Made by a program: the position numbers and the translations under genes. A stretch of 64,000 bases of DNA from Candidatus Parcubacteria bacterium (GTDB lineage: Bacteria > Patescibacteriota > Patescibacteriia > Magasanikbacterales > UBA922). The notes under the pieces were generated by a model. It was not told the DNA's origin. It did not search any database and saw only the letters and a program-made list of their open reading frames with translations. The stretch is from NCBI GenBank assembly GCA_002869205.1, contig PKTJ01000066.1:187-64186 (forward strand). The letters are read 5' to 3'. Shown here in pieces: positions 37,990-47,103 of the stretch. Positions within the stretch are counted from its first letter, which is position 1, and every line of letters begins with the position of its first letter.

Positions 37990-39489
37990 ATGAATAATCA
38001 GTACAAACCAATTCAACTTCATAAACCACGTAAATGGCCATGGGTATTATTTGTGATTGTTTCGATATTGTTTGGTACTGGTTGGTATGCATATACATGG
38101 CTCAAACAGTTGGATCCCGCAGATATATTTGAATCTGAATTTGTACGTGATCAGGTTGAGCGTCAGCTCGGAGAGGATAAGGCTGAGTTGTTTGACCTCT
38201 TGCCAGGATTGCTTGGGTTTACTGAGAAAAAAACATACCTTGTACTACTATTGAATAATACAGAGATGAGACCAGGCGGAGGATTTATTGGAACCTATGC
38301 AGTTGTGGAGGCCAATAAAGGAAGTGTAAATGTGCTCGAGGTAGAAGGAACAGAGCGTATTGATGGGCGTACTCCTGCGAGTTGGAATCCGAAACCAATT
38401 CCTGTTTTGGAAGAGCATTTACATGTTGATAAATGGTATTTTCGTGATAGTAATTGGTCACCCGATTTTCCTACGGGCGCACAAAAGGCACTTGAACTAT
38501 ACAAAGGAGAGAGTGGTGTTGCGGCAGAAAGAATTGATACGGTAGTAGCAATTACTACGACTGTTTTAGAAGAGTTGTTAGAAATCACTGGCCCTATTGA
38601 AATACAGGGGATTACATTTGATGCTCAGACAGGTATTGAAACACTTGAGTATGAGGTAGAATATGGGTTCAAAAAGAGGGGTATTTCTTTTGCTGAAAGA
38701 AAACAAATTATTGAGCCGTTTATGAGTGAGCTTATGGATAGGTTAACTGATGATGTTTTTCAAAATCTGGATATTTATGAAGAGGCGTTGAACAAGATGA
38801 CTGAAGAAAAACATTTGTTTGTATATTCCAAAGATGAGGATTTTCAAAAAAAGATGGATGAGTATGATTGGTCTGGTCGTATGCATGAGTCAACAGGTGA
38901 TTATCTTTTGTGGACAGACGCAAACTTGGCTGCACTGAAGACTGACCATGCAATGGAGCGCACACTTTCGTATTCTCTTTCAAAGCGTCCTCCTGCTCAC
39001 GAGTTAGAAGATTTTCATTATTTGGCAGCTGCAACAATGACATATACCAATAATGGTTCATTTGATTGGCGTACGACGAGATATCGCACATACGCACGTG
39101 TATTTGTTCCACTTGGATCCAAGCTTGTTTCTGTAGTTGGGTCGATGAAGTGGGATCGCACGGATGAGGAAGGTGTTGTCGATGAGGGTATTGAGAATGG
39201 TAGACAATGGTTTGGCACCTTTATTGCAATCGAGCCAGGAGAAACAAAGTCACTTGAATTTATTTACAGATTACCAGCACATGTGACTGATGATATAGAA
39301 AATGATTCGTATACACTTTTTGTTCAAAAGCAGTTAGGAACTATTAATCATGGTTTGACGCTTGGTCTGGATTTTGGTAAAACTATTACAGTGGCCAAGC
39401 CTGCAGAAGATGAGCAGGAGTGGTTTGATACATCATATACATATAGTACAGATTTACATATAGACAGAGAGTTTCATGTGAGCTTTTAA
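37990..39489 (+). CDS. hypothetical membrane-anchored protein (possibly DUF4012-like)
   Basis: N-terminal TM helix, LLLNNTEMRPGGGFIGTYAV segment; family assignment tentative. Confidence 0.4.
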   Translation: MNNQYKPIQLHKPRKWPWVLFVIVSILFGTGWYAYTWLKQLDPADIFESEFVRDQVERQLGEDKAELFDLLPGLLGFTEKKTYLVLLLNNTEMRPGGGFIGTYAVVEANKGSVNVLEVEGTERIDGRTPASWNPKPIPVLEEHLHVDKWYFRDSNWSPDFPTGAQKALELYKGESGVAAERIDTVVAITTTVLEELLEITGPIEIQGITFDAQTGIETLEYEVEYGFKKRGISFAERKQIIEPFMSELMDRLTDDVFQNLDIYEEALNKMTEEKHLFVYSKDEDFQKKMDEYDWSGRMHESTGDYLLWTDANLAALKTDHAMERTLSYSLSKRPPAHELEDFHYLAAATMTYTNNGSFDWRTTRYRTYARVFVPLGSKLVSVVGSMKWDRTDEEGVVDEGIENGRQWFGTFIAIEPGETKSLEFIYRLPAHVTDDIENDSYTLFVQKQLGTINHGLTLGLDFGKTITVAKPAEDEQEWFDTSYTYSTDLHIDREFHVSF

Positions 39490-39511
39490 TTGAAGATTAA
39501 ATCGTTATAGT

Positions 39512-40513
39512 ATGAAAAAGGTAGGAATTGACCTCGGTACAACTAATATACTTGTTTTCGTTCCTAAGCGAGGTATTGTTATTAATGAGCCATCGGTGGT
39601 AGCAATCTCAAAAGGAGACGGAAAAATTCTTGCAGTTGGTGGTGAAGCAAAAGAAATGATTGGACGTACTCCCGATACTATTATTGCAGAGAGACCACTC
39701 AAAGATGGTGTGATTGCAAGTTATAAAACAACAGAAGCTATGCTTCGTTATTTTATCAACAAGGCAATCGGTGGTATGCGACTTTTTCGACCAGAAGTAA
39801 TGGTTGCTGTTCCTGCAGGTATTACATCTACTGAACGTCGTGCGGTTATTGACGCTGCGATGGCAGCAGGTGCAAAAGCAGCTTACATTATAAAAGAACC
39901 TATTGTTGCGGCAATCGGAGCTGATATTCCTATTGGTAGTGCGTCAGGTCATATGATTATTGATATTGGTGGAGGTACAGCAGAAATCGCTGTGATTTCA
40001 CTCGGCGGTATTGTATCAGTAGGATCTGTGAGGATCGGTGGAAATAAATTTGATCAATCAATTGCAGAATATGTTCGTAGAAAATATGGTTTGGCAATAG
40101 GGGACAGAAGTGCCGAAGAGGCAAAAATTAGTGTTGGTTCTGCTATGTTTATGGATCAGCCTCTGAGTATGGAAGTAAAAGGACGAGATATGATCTCAGG
40201 ACTTCCGCGGACTATCAAAATTACTTCTGATGATACTACTGAAGCATTGCAACATGACCTTGAGGGTTTGGTAGAAGCAGTAAAAGATGTACTTCATAAG
40301 ACACCACCAGAATTGTCAGCTGATGTTATGGATAAAGGCATTATTATGTCCGGTGGTTCAAGTCAGCTGAGAAACCTAGATGAACTCATTGCTCAGGCGA
40401 TTGGTGTGGCAACATATGTGGCAGAAGAACCATTGCTTTGTGTGGCAAAAGGAACAGGTATTGCACTTGAAAATTTAGATAATTACAAACGGTCAGTTTT
40501 GGCCACAAAATAA
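39512..40513 (+). CDS. mreB: rod shape-determining protein MreB
   Basis: Actin-fold phosphate motifs (GIDLGTTN, DIGGGT) and typical length. Confidence 0.95.
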   Translation: MKKVGIDLGTTNILVFVPKRGIVINEPSVVAISKGDGKILAVGGEAKEMIGRTPDTIIAERPLKDGVIASYKTTEAMLRYFINKAIGGMRLFRPEVMVAVPAGITSTERRAVIDAAMAAGAKAAYIIKEPIVAAIGADIPIGSASGHMIIDIGGGTAEIAVISLGGIVSVGSVRIGGNKFDQSIAEYVRRKYGLAIGDRSAEEAKISVGSAMFMDQPLSMEVKGRDMISGLPRTIKITSDDTTEALQHDLEGLVEAVKDVLHKTPPELSADVMDKGIIMSGGSSQLRNLDELIAQAIGVATYVAEEPLLCVAKGTGIALENLDNYKRSVLATK

Positions 40514-40672
40514 TTTATTAACCTGGGTGGCGTGTAATTCGCCAACTGGACGTGAGCCCAGTACCGTATGGTACAGGGTATAGCCGTCGATCCACATTTA
40601 GTGGAATGATTCCGTGCAACTCGGAAGCCAACCGTATAGTCGGGACCCTGACGTTAGTCGGGGTATCACATT
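40514..40672 (+). ncRNA. candidate structured RNA / cis-regulatory leader (GC-rich, multi-hairpin) between mreB and the EamA transporter
   Basis: About 52% GC in an AT-rich genome, with at least five local hairpins (TGGCG-tgtaatt-CGCCA, GTACC-gtat-GGTAC, CCAC-attta-GTGG, GGAA-tga-TTCC, CTGGG...CCCAG). The track ORFs on the minus strand here look spurious. Identity unknown. Confidence 0.35.
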
Positions 40673-41680
40673 GTGTTCCTGCATAGTGTGATAATAAGGA
40701 AATATATGAAGAAAACATATGTTGGTGCTTTGAGCATCATGCTCGCAGCTTTTTTGTGGGCGTTTGATGGTGTGGTTCTCACACCATGGATTATGAAATT
40801 GGGTCTCTATGACGTCCCAATTTTTGTTTTTATGTTCCACGCAGTAGGATCATTATTTTTGTCCTACTTTTTTATTACCAAGAGACAAGAACTAAAAAAG
40901 CTTGATTGGAAAGATTGGGGCGCATTTGTTTTGGTTGGTGTATTTGGAGGAGCGCTCGGAACCATGGGAATTGTTGGGGCAATTATTTTTGTACATAGTC
41001 ATCATCTAAATATTTCGGTTGTATTATTACTCCAAAAATTACAGCCTATTTTTGCTATTTTGCTTGCTATCTTAATTCTCAAAGAGCGTCCAAAGATACA
41101 ATTTTATGTACTGGCGGCTTTTGCATTGGTTGGTAGTTACTTTTTAACATTTGGATTTGGTATGCCAGATTTGAGTGCGGGTGGTATGTTGATACCTGCA
41201 CTTCTTGCGCTACTTGCTGCGTTTTCATTTGGTTCATCAACTGTATTTTCCAAACGTGCGATTACAAAGGTGAGTCACGGCACAGGAACTATGCTTAGAT
41301 TTTATATCACTACACTTGTCATGATTGTGATTATCGCAGCCGTGTCATTGTTGAAAGCTTTCGGGATGGAGATATCGTATGCAGGGTTTGGTGGATTTAG
41401 TATTGTTGGCTGGAAATTGATTGGTGCATTTGTTGTAGTTGCTCTAACAACAGGAATTTTTGGTATTTTTATCTATTATTATGGACTTAAGCGTATCATG
41501 GCTTCACGTTCGACTATTTACGAACTTATGTTTCCTGTAAGTTCTATCTTTCTTGAATGGCTCATTCATGACAAGACATTGAACATAGGGCAATGGTTTG
41601 GTACTATAGTACTGTTCACTGCAATGATTTTTATTGCACGTCTAAGTAAATCATATGAAAAAAACAGTGAAATTATATAA
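40673..41680 (+). CDS. EamA/DMT family transporter (likely start at MKKTYVG, 40706)
   Basis: Ten TM helices in a duplicated 5+5 EamA pattern. Confidence 0.7.
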   Translation: MFLHSVIIRKYMKKTYVGALSIMLAAFLWAFDGVVLTPWIMKLGLYDVPIFVFMFHAVGSLFLSYFFITKRQELKKLDWKDWGAFVLVGVFGGALGTMGIVGAIIFVHSHHLNISVVLLLQKLQPIFAILLAILILKERPKIQFYVLAAFALVGSYFLTFGFGMPDLSAGGMLIPALLALLAAFSFGSSTVFSKRAITKVSHGTGTMLRFYITTLVMIVIIAAVSLLKAFGMEISYAGFGGFSIVGWKLIGAFVVVALTTGIFGIFIYYYGLKRIMASRSTIYELMFPVSSIFLEWLIHDKTLNIGQWFGTIVLFTAMIFIARLSKSYEKNSEII

Positions 41681-42128
41681 TGTATTTTTTCCAATCTATG
41701 TAATGGTTTTTTTTCCACCAATAATTTTTTTGGTACTCATTGGGAACTTTGTAATTGACGCGGTTGTCATAGTGTCTGTTCTTTATTTCAGTAAAGCATT
41801 GTCTACTATAAAGCATAAAAGAAAATACATTACAAAGGCTTGGGGCTATGGTTTTTTGGCGGATATTTGTGCGGCGTTGCTTTTGCTTGTGCTAGAATGG
41901 GCTGGTCTTGTATATTCTTACAAACCATTTGAATCAGTATCTAACGTAATGTTTATATTTTTTGCTATTGTTGTTGGCGGTGTGTTTGTTGGAATATTCA
42001 ATTATAGATTAGCTCTTCGAAATGGTCTTAATAAAAAGATTGCTTTGCGTCAAGCATTGTTTATGGGGATTATTACTGCACCATGGATGTTTTTATTACC
42101 TCTAAGTTTATTTGGTTTTAATATTTGA
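41655..42128 (+). CDS. hypothetical small membrane protein
   Basis: Four predicted TM helices; TGA stop overlapping the next ATG (ATGA). Confidence 0.45.
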   Translation: MKKTVKLYNVFFPIYVMVFFPPIIFLVLIGNFVIDAVVIVSVLYFSKALSTIKHKRKYITKAWGYGFLADICAALLLLVLEWAGLVYSYKPFESVSNVMFIFFAIVVGGVFVGIFNYRLALRNGLNKKIALRQALFMGIITAPWMFLLPLSLFGFNI

Positions 42129-42129
42129 T

Positions 42130-43233
42130 ATGAAAATAGGGATAGACGCATCACGAGCTAATGAAACACAAAAGACCGGTGTAGGTTGGTATGCTTATCA
42201 TGTGATACAAGAATTGAAAAAACAAACACCTCGCGATGTCGAGGTTGTTTTGTATACGAATAAACCACTTCAAGGTGACCTTGCTGACTTGCCAAGTGGA
42301 TGGACACAAAAAGTACTCAAATGGTCACCAAAAAGATTGTGGACGCAGGTGAGGTTGAGTTGGGAGATGTTATTACATCGACCAGATGTTTTGTTTATTC
42401 CAGCTCATGTGTTCCCATTGATTCATCCCAAGAAAACAGTAATGACAGTGCATGATATTGCAGCTATAACATTTCCTGGGAGCTATAGTTGGTTTGAGAG
42501 GTGGTACAGTGTGTGGTCTGCACGCGTAGCTTTGAAAAAGTTATGGAAAATAATTACGCCGTCAGAGTTTACGAAGAGTGAGTTAGAAAGTTTAAAAGTT
42601 AGAAAGTTTAAAAGTGATAAAATTCATGTGATTCATCATGGGTATGATAAGAGGTATAGTGAGAATGAGAATAAGGTTGAGATTGAAAAGGCGTTAGACA
42701 AGTACGGATTGAAGAAACCATTTCTCATGAGTATTGGTCGTCTTGAAGAAAAGAAAAACACGGTAAGAATTATCAAAGCATTTGAGAAATTACGGCTTAC
42801 GACTGAAAACTTGCAGCTCATTCTTATCGGTAATCCAGGTCATGGTTATGACAAAGTGAAAAAGGTGATTGACAATTCAAAATATAAAGAGGATATTATT
42901 ACACCTGGTTGGGTAGACAATAATGATCTACCAATCTTGATGAGCGGTGCAGAAGTATTTGTTTTCCCGAGTCTCTATGAAGGGTTTGGAATCCCTGTAC
43001 TTGAATCCCTGGCAAGTGGCACACCTGTCGTTACCTCAAAAGGTAGTTGTCTAGAAGAAGTTGGTGGAGACGTGTGTATATATGTTGATCCAGCCGATGT
43101 TGATAGTATTGTGCATGGTATTTCAGACGCTTTTGATGCATCAGAGATTAGAATTCAACAGGGCTTGAAACATACAGAAGGTTTTTCGTGGGAAAAGTGT
43201 GCTAAAAAGACACTTGAGACATTATTGTCTTGA
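42130..43233 (+). CDS. family 4 (GT-B) glycosyltransferase
   Basis: C-terminal EX7E region (EGFGIPVLESLASGTPVVTS) and GT4 N-terminal domain. Start placed at MKIGIDAS. Contains an in-frame 16-bp tandem duplication. Confidence 0.8.
   Translation: MKIGIDASRANETQKTGVGWYAYHVIQELKKQTPRDVEVVLYTNKPLQGDLADLPSGWTQKVLKWSPKRLWTQVRLSWEMLLHRPDVLFIPAHVFPLIHPKKTVMTVHDIAAITFPGSYSWFERWYSVWSARVALKKLWKIITPSEFTKSELESLKVRKFKSDKIHVIHHGYDKRYSENENKVEIEKALDKYGLKKPFLMSIGRLEEKKNTVRIIKAFEKLRLTTENLQLILIGNPGHGYDKVKKVIDNSKYKEDIITPGWVDNNDLPILMSGAEVFVFPSLYEGFGIPVLESLASGTPVVTSKGSCLEEVGGDVCIYVDPADVDSIVHGISDAFDASEIRIQQGLKHTEGFSWEKCAKKTLETLLS
42577..42616 (+). repeat. in-frame tandem duplication (TTAGAAAGTTTAAAAG)x2 inside the GT4 CDS
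   Basis: Encodes SELESLKVRKFKS. Same motif family as the intergenic AAAGTT repeats. Confidence 0.8.
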
Positions 43234-43262
43234 GGTTAAAATTATGCTATCCTTAGACATAT

Positions 43263-44156
43263 ATGTCAGATATCATAGGTCATCAGAGAATCCTACAATT
43301 TTTCGATTCGGTCATAACGCATGGTAATTTGAGTCATGCATATTGTTTTGTAGGTCCAAAATCTGTTGGTAAGAAGGCTGTTGCCGAACGTCTGGCGTCT
43401 CAGATTTTGAATATTGATTATAATAAATTATACACCTCTCCAGATTTTAGTCTGGTAGAGCGTTCAATAAACGAAAAGACAGGTAAGACTCGAAAAGATA
43501 TTAGTATCGATCAAATTCGTAATTTAATTTCTATACTTTCTCAAAGTGCGTTTGCAAAAGATGGTTACAAGGTTGCAGTTGTCGATGAAGCGGATATCAT
43601 GAGTGTGGGTGCATCAAATGCATTACTCAAGACACTCGAAGAACCAAAAAAGAATACTGTACTTTTTATTATTACAGACGACGAATCAAAATTATTACCA
43701 ACGATCCAGTCCAGGTGTCAGATGATTTATTTTTCACCTGTTGCAAATAAGGAGATTCAAAAACACATGAAAGATGGTAGTACTGATGAAATTATTGAGT
43801 GTGCACATGGATTACCGGGAAAAGCAATTACTTGGAGTCGGGACGCAGGTAATTTTCAAGAATATAAACATGAGGTAAGTCGTTTCCAAAGTTTGTTTGG
43901 AAAAAACTTTTATGAAAAATTGGCACTAGTGGAGGAACTGTTTGGAGACAAAACTGATCACATATTAGCAAGAAGTCGTCTACAAGAAGTGCTAAATATT
44001 TGGCAGATAGAATTGCATAACAGTATCAAGCAAGAAAAAATTGCTGCACAAAATTTTGTTCAGATTAGTAAGAACATCAAACAAGCACGTACGTTACTTG
44101 GAAAAAACGTACATCCACGACTTTTGGTTGAACACATTTTATTACAATTACCATAG
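43263..44156 (+). CDS. holB: DNA polymerase III delta-prime subunit (clamp-loader AAA+)
   Basis: HAYCFVGPKSVGKK Walker-A-like, SRC-like region, typical length. Confidence 0.8.
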   Translation: MSDIIGHQRILQFFDSVITHGNLSHAYCFVGPKSVGKKAVAERLASQILNIDYNKLYTSPDFSLVERSINEKTGKTRKDISIDQIRNLISILSQSAFAKDGYKVAVVDEADIMSVGASNALLKTLEEPKKNTVLFIITDDESKLLPTIQSRCQMIYFSPVANKEIQKHMKDGSTDEIIECAHGLPGKAITWSRDAGNFQEYKHEVSRFQSLFGKNFYEKLALVEELFGDKTDHILARSRLQEVLNIWQIELHNSIKQEKIAAQNFVQISKNIKQARTLLGKNVHPRLLVEHILLQLP

Positions 44157-44160
44157 GTCA

Positions 44161-44243
44161 GTTATAAGTCATAAGCTGTAAGTCGTAGTTTCCAATATCG
44201 ATATTTAATCTAAGGCTTACAGCTTAATATTTATAACTTATAA
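44161..44243. repeat. imperfect inverted repeat element (GTTATAAGTCATAAGCTGTAAG ... CTTACAGCTTAATATTTATAACTTATAAC)
   Basis: Read directly from the sequence; intergenic between holB and the BNR protein. Confidence 0.45.
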
Positions 44244-44252
44244 CTTTTATAT

Positions 44253-45335
44253 ATGAGAAAATATCTTATATCATTTTCCCTTGTATTTGCTGTTCTGTTG
44301 TTTACGGGGCAGAGTTGTGTCTTGGGACAAGATAATAAACCAAAGACTACTGGTCCTGCTGGTATGTTTGTTAGTGTTGATAAAGGTGAGACCTGGAAGG
44401 TCATTTCATCTATGCCTACTGTTGAGGGTGTAAAACAACTTACTAGTGTGAATGTCTATAGAGTCATAGAGGATCCTCAGGATCCAAAAGCTCTCTATTG
44501 GGCATCACGTGCCAATGGATTGTTCTATAGTTTTGATGATGGTAAGTCTTGGCAACGGCCAAGTGCTCCGGTGAACAGTTCGTTTATCTATGATGTAGCA
44601 ATTCATCCAGAAGATAGATGTACTATATATACGACTAAAGCACGTATTGTGTACAAAACTGAAGATTGTGGTCGTTCATGGGAAGAGGTGTATCAAGAGG
44701 GTAGACCAGCTGATATTATTACTTCAGTATCTTTTGATCCTCATGATTCACACCATATTTATCTTACTGAAACAAATGGAGATTTGCTCAAAAGTACAGA
44801 TCTAGGTAAGACGTGGTCAGTGGTGAATCGTTTTGGTGTATATGTGCGTGATGTTGAGTTCGATCCAAATAAAAATGATTTGATGTATGTCGTGACACGA
44901 GAAAAAGGACTGCGTCGTTCTAGAGACGGAGGAGCGACTTGGGAAGATCTCTCGGAAAAACTCAAGGTGTACCCTGGTTCACTTACGTATAGAAGATTTC
45001 TTGTGTATCCTAGCAACCCAGACCAAATTTATTGGGTTTCAAAATATGGTGTACTTATGTCACGTAACGCAGGGGATGACTGGGAACCTATTAATCTTGT
45101 GACGCCTCCAGGAAGTGTAGATATTTATGGATTTACCGTGAGTCCGCTCAATGATAAGGAAATATATTACACAGGTAGTATTGATTACAAATCTACATTC
45201 TATCGTAGTATGGACGGTGGTCAAACATGGGAAACACGCAGACTTCCTTCTGGACAATTGCCTACAGAGCTTCGTGCACATGGTGAGAATGATGGATGGT
45301 TGTATCTTGGATTTACCAATCCTGCATCTATTTAA
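44253..45335 (+). CDS. secreted BNR/Asp-box repeat beta-propeller protein
   Basis: Signal peptide and seven SxDxGxTW Asp-box repeats (SVDKGETW, SFDDGKSW, TEDCGRSW, STDLGKTW, SRDGGATW, SRNAGDDW, SMDGGQTW). Confidence 0.8.
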   Translation: MRKYLISFSLVFAVLLFTGQSCVLGQDNKPKTTGPAGMFVSVDKGETWKVISSMPTVEGVKQLTSVNVYRVIEDPQDPKALYWASRANGLFYSFDDGKSWQRPSAPVNSSFIYDVAIHPEDRCTIYTTKARIVYKTEDCGRSWEEVYQEGRPADIITSVSFDPHDSHHIYLTETNGDLLKSTDLGKTWSVVNRFGVYVRDVEFDPNKNDLMYVVTREKGLRRSRDGGATWEDLSEKLKVYPGSLTYRRFLVYPSNPDQIYWVSKYGVLMSRNAGDDWEPINLVTPPGSVDIYGFTVSPLNDKEIYYTGSIDYKSTFYRSMDGGQTWETRRLPSGQLPTELRAHGENDGWLYLGFTNPASI

Positions 45336-45383
45336 CTAGGACTAGTCGTAAAATTATTTGTTTGGATTTTGCTTTTTGTAACT

Positions 45384-45430
45384 AACCCCACCCGTTCCCT
45401 CCCCTAATAGGGGAGGGTCAGGGAGGGGTG
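45384..45430. repeat. GC-rich nested-palindrome intergenic repeat, copy 3
   Basis: AACCCCACCCGTTCCCTCCCCTAATAGGGGAGGGTCAGGGAGGGGTG. Confidence 0.6.
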
Positions 45431-45480
45431 TAATAGCTGAGAAGCAGATTATCTGATTTATTATTAACACATAGTATTGT

Positions 45481-46032
45481 ATGGATTTAATCGCACCACA
45501 TAAGGAGCAGTTTGAAAAAACTATTGAACACTTACGATCTGAAATTTCTGGATTACGTACCGGTCGTGCAACACCTGCGCTTGTCGAAGATATTGTTGTT
45601 GAAGCATATGGTGTCAAACAACAGCTCAAAGCAGTTGCGTCTATTGCCGTTGCTGATGCCAAAACACTTACGGTTGATCCGTGGGACAAAGGCCTTATCC
45701 AGTCAGTTGAGTCAGCTATTAGCCATTCTGATTTGGGGATTAATCCGGTGAATGATGGCAAACTTATTCGTCTACCATTACCTGAACTAACTCAGGATCG
45801 TCGTCAAGAGCTTATCAAAGTTTTACACAAGAAATTAGAAGAGGCACGTGTGGCTATTCGTAAAATTAGAGAAGAAGCACGAAAAGAAATTGATAACAAA
45901 GAGAAAGCAAAAGAAATTGGAGAAGATGAAAAATATAATTTACAAGATGATTTAGATAAGGTAGTCAAAAGTTACAATGAAAAAGCAAAAGAAATTGGAG
46001 ATGAAAAGGAGAAAGAGATAACTACTGTGTAG
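45481..46032 (+). CDS. frr: ribosome recycling factor
   Basis: RRF signature (LRTGRATPALVEDIVVEAYG..LTQDRRQELIK). Confidence 0.95.
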   Translation: MDLIAPHKEQFEKTIEHLRSEISGLRTGRATPALVEDIVVEAYGVKQQLKAVASIAVADAKTLTVDPWDKGLIQSVESAISHSDLGINPVNDGKLIRLPLPELTQDRRQELIKVLHKKLEEARVAIRKIREEARKEIDNKEKAKEIGEDEKYNLQDDLDKVVKSYNEKAKEIGDEKEKEITTV

Positions 46033-46037
46033 TGAGA

Positions 46038-46070
46038 TTCGGATTTCCAGATAATTCAGATTTACGGATA
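46038..46070. repeat. palindromic intergenic repeat family P, copy 4 (half element abutting the dtd start codon)
   Basis: TTCGGATTTCCAGATAATTCAGATTTACGGATATG, where the final ATG is the dtd start. Confidence 0.6.
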
Positions 46071-46507
46071 TGAAAATTATACTACAGCGAGTAACACAAT
46101 CTCAGGTTGATGTAGATAATCAAACCGTTGGAAAAATTTCTAACGGTTTCTTGGTCTTACTTGGTGTAGGTCAAGGAGATACAACTCTTCATGCAGGTAG
46201 TTTGGTTGAAAAGATAATAAAATTGAGAATCTTTGAAGATGAAGATGGAAAAATGAATAAAGATATTACAGAAGTGGGTGGTGAAATGTTGGTTGTGTCC
46301 CAATTTACATTGTATGCAAATTGTAAAAAAGGGAATAGACCTAGTTTCGTAGAAGCTGCACCGCCAGATGAAGCAAAAAAACTATACGAATATTTTGTTA
46401 AAAAAATAAAAGAAAAGGGCATAAGTGTTGCGACGGGTCAGTTTGCAGCACATATGTATGTAGAGCTTGTCAATGACGGGCCTGTCACATTAATTTTAGA
46501 ATCTTAA
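46070..46507 (+). CDS. dtd: D-aminoacyl-tRNA deacylase
   Basis: MKIILQRV, SQFTLYA and GNRPSF motifs; 145 aa. Confidence 0.9.
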   Translation: MKIILQRVTQSQVDVDNQTVGKISNGFLVLLGVGQGDTTLHAGSLVEKIIKLRIFEDEDGKMNKDITEVGGEMLVVSQFTLYANCKKGNRPSFVEAAPPDEAKKLYEYFVKKIKEKGISVATGQFAAHMYVELVNDGPVTLILES

Positions 46508-46512
46508 TTTTT

Positions 46513-47085
46513 ATGAAAAAAACAATCGTACTCATAGGGGTTTTATTTGCAGTGACTTTTATTTTTACCGGTTGTACAAAAACTGATGTAGAAAATGATC
46601 TTGAACAGTCGCGTGAAGGAGAAGAACTTATGACACAAGATGAAGCTGATGTATTGCACCAGGAAGACCAAGAATTTCAAGAAGACTATATGCGTGAACT
46701 CGCTGACGCGACAGAGGAAAAACATCTTGATGAATCTATTGCGCTCATCGATGAGCTCGAAGATGGGTATGCAAAGAAAAAAGAAGGTGGCCACGCAAAA
46801 GGAAGTTGTGATGCAATTGCCGAGAGTTCTACATGTATGGAATATTATGGATCTTTCTGGAATGAAGCAGAGATGAAATTACACTGTTCTGATTCTGGTA
46901 CGTTTTCATTTGATGGATGTCCTTCTGACATGTCGGGTGGGTGTAATACTGGCACTGGTACTTCAGCAGACATGGTTGCGTGGATGTATACACGTGGTGG
47001 CGGGGGTATTACCGTAGAGTCTCTCAAATATGCCAAAATGGCGTGTGATGCAACGATGGCATCGCAGTGGATCATGACTAAATAG
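46513..47085 (+). CDS. acidic lipoprotein, hypothetical
   Basis: Signal peptide with lipobox FTGC, Cys-containing C-terminal region. Confidence 0.5.
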   Translation: MKKTIVLIGVLFAVTFIFTGCTKTDVENDLEQSREGEELMTQDEADVLHQEDQEFQEDYMRELADATEEKHLDESIALIDELEDGYAKKKEGGHAKGSCDAIAESSTCMEYYGSFWNEAEMKLHCSDSGTFSFDGCPSDMSGGCNTGTGTSADMVAWMYTRGGGGITVESLKYAKMACDATMASQWIMTK

Positions 47086-47103
47086 GTTGTCATCGATTAT
47101 GAT

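Noticed and set aside
40518-40840. Minus-strand ORFs 40518-40718 and 40598-40840
   Set aside because: They lie in the structured GC-rich intergenic region and overlap the EamA start. They have no coding periodicity and are probably spurious.
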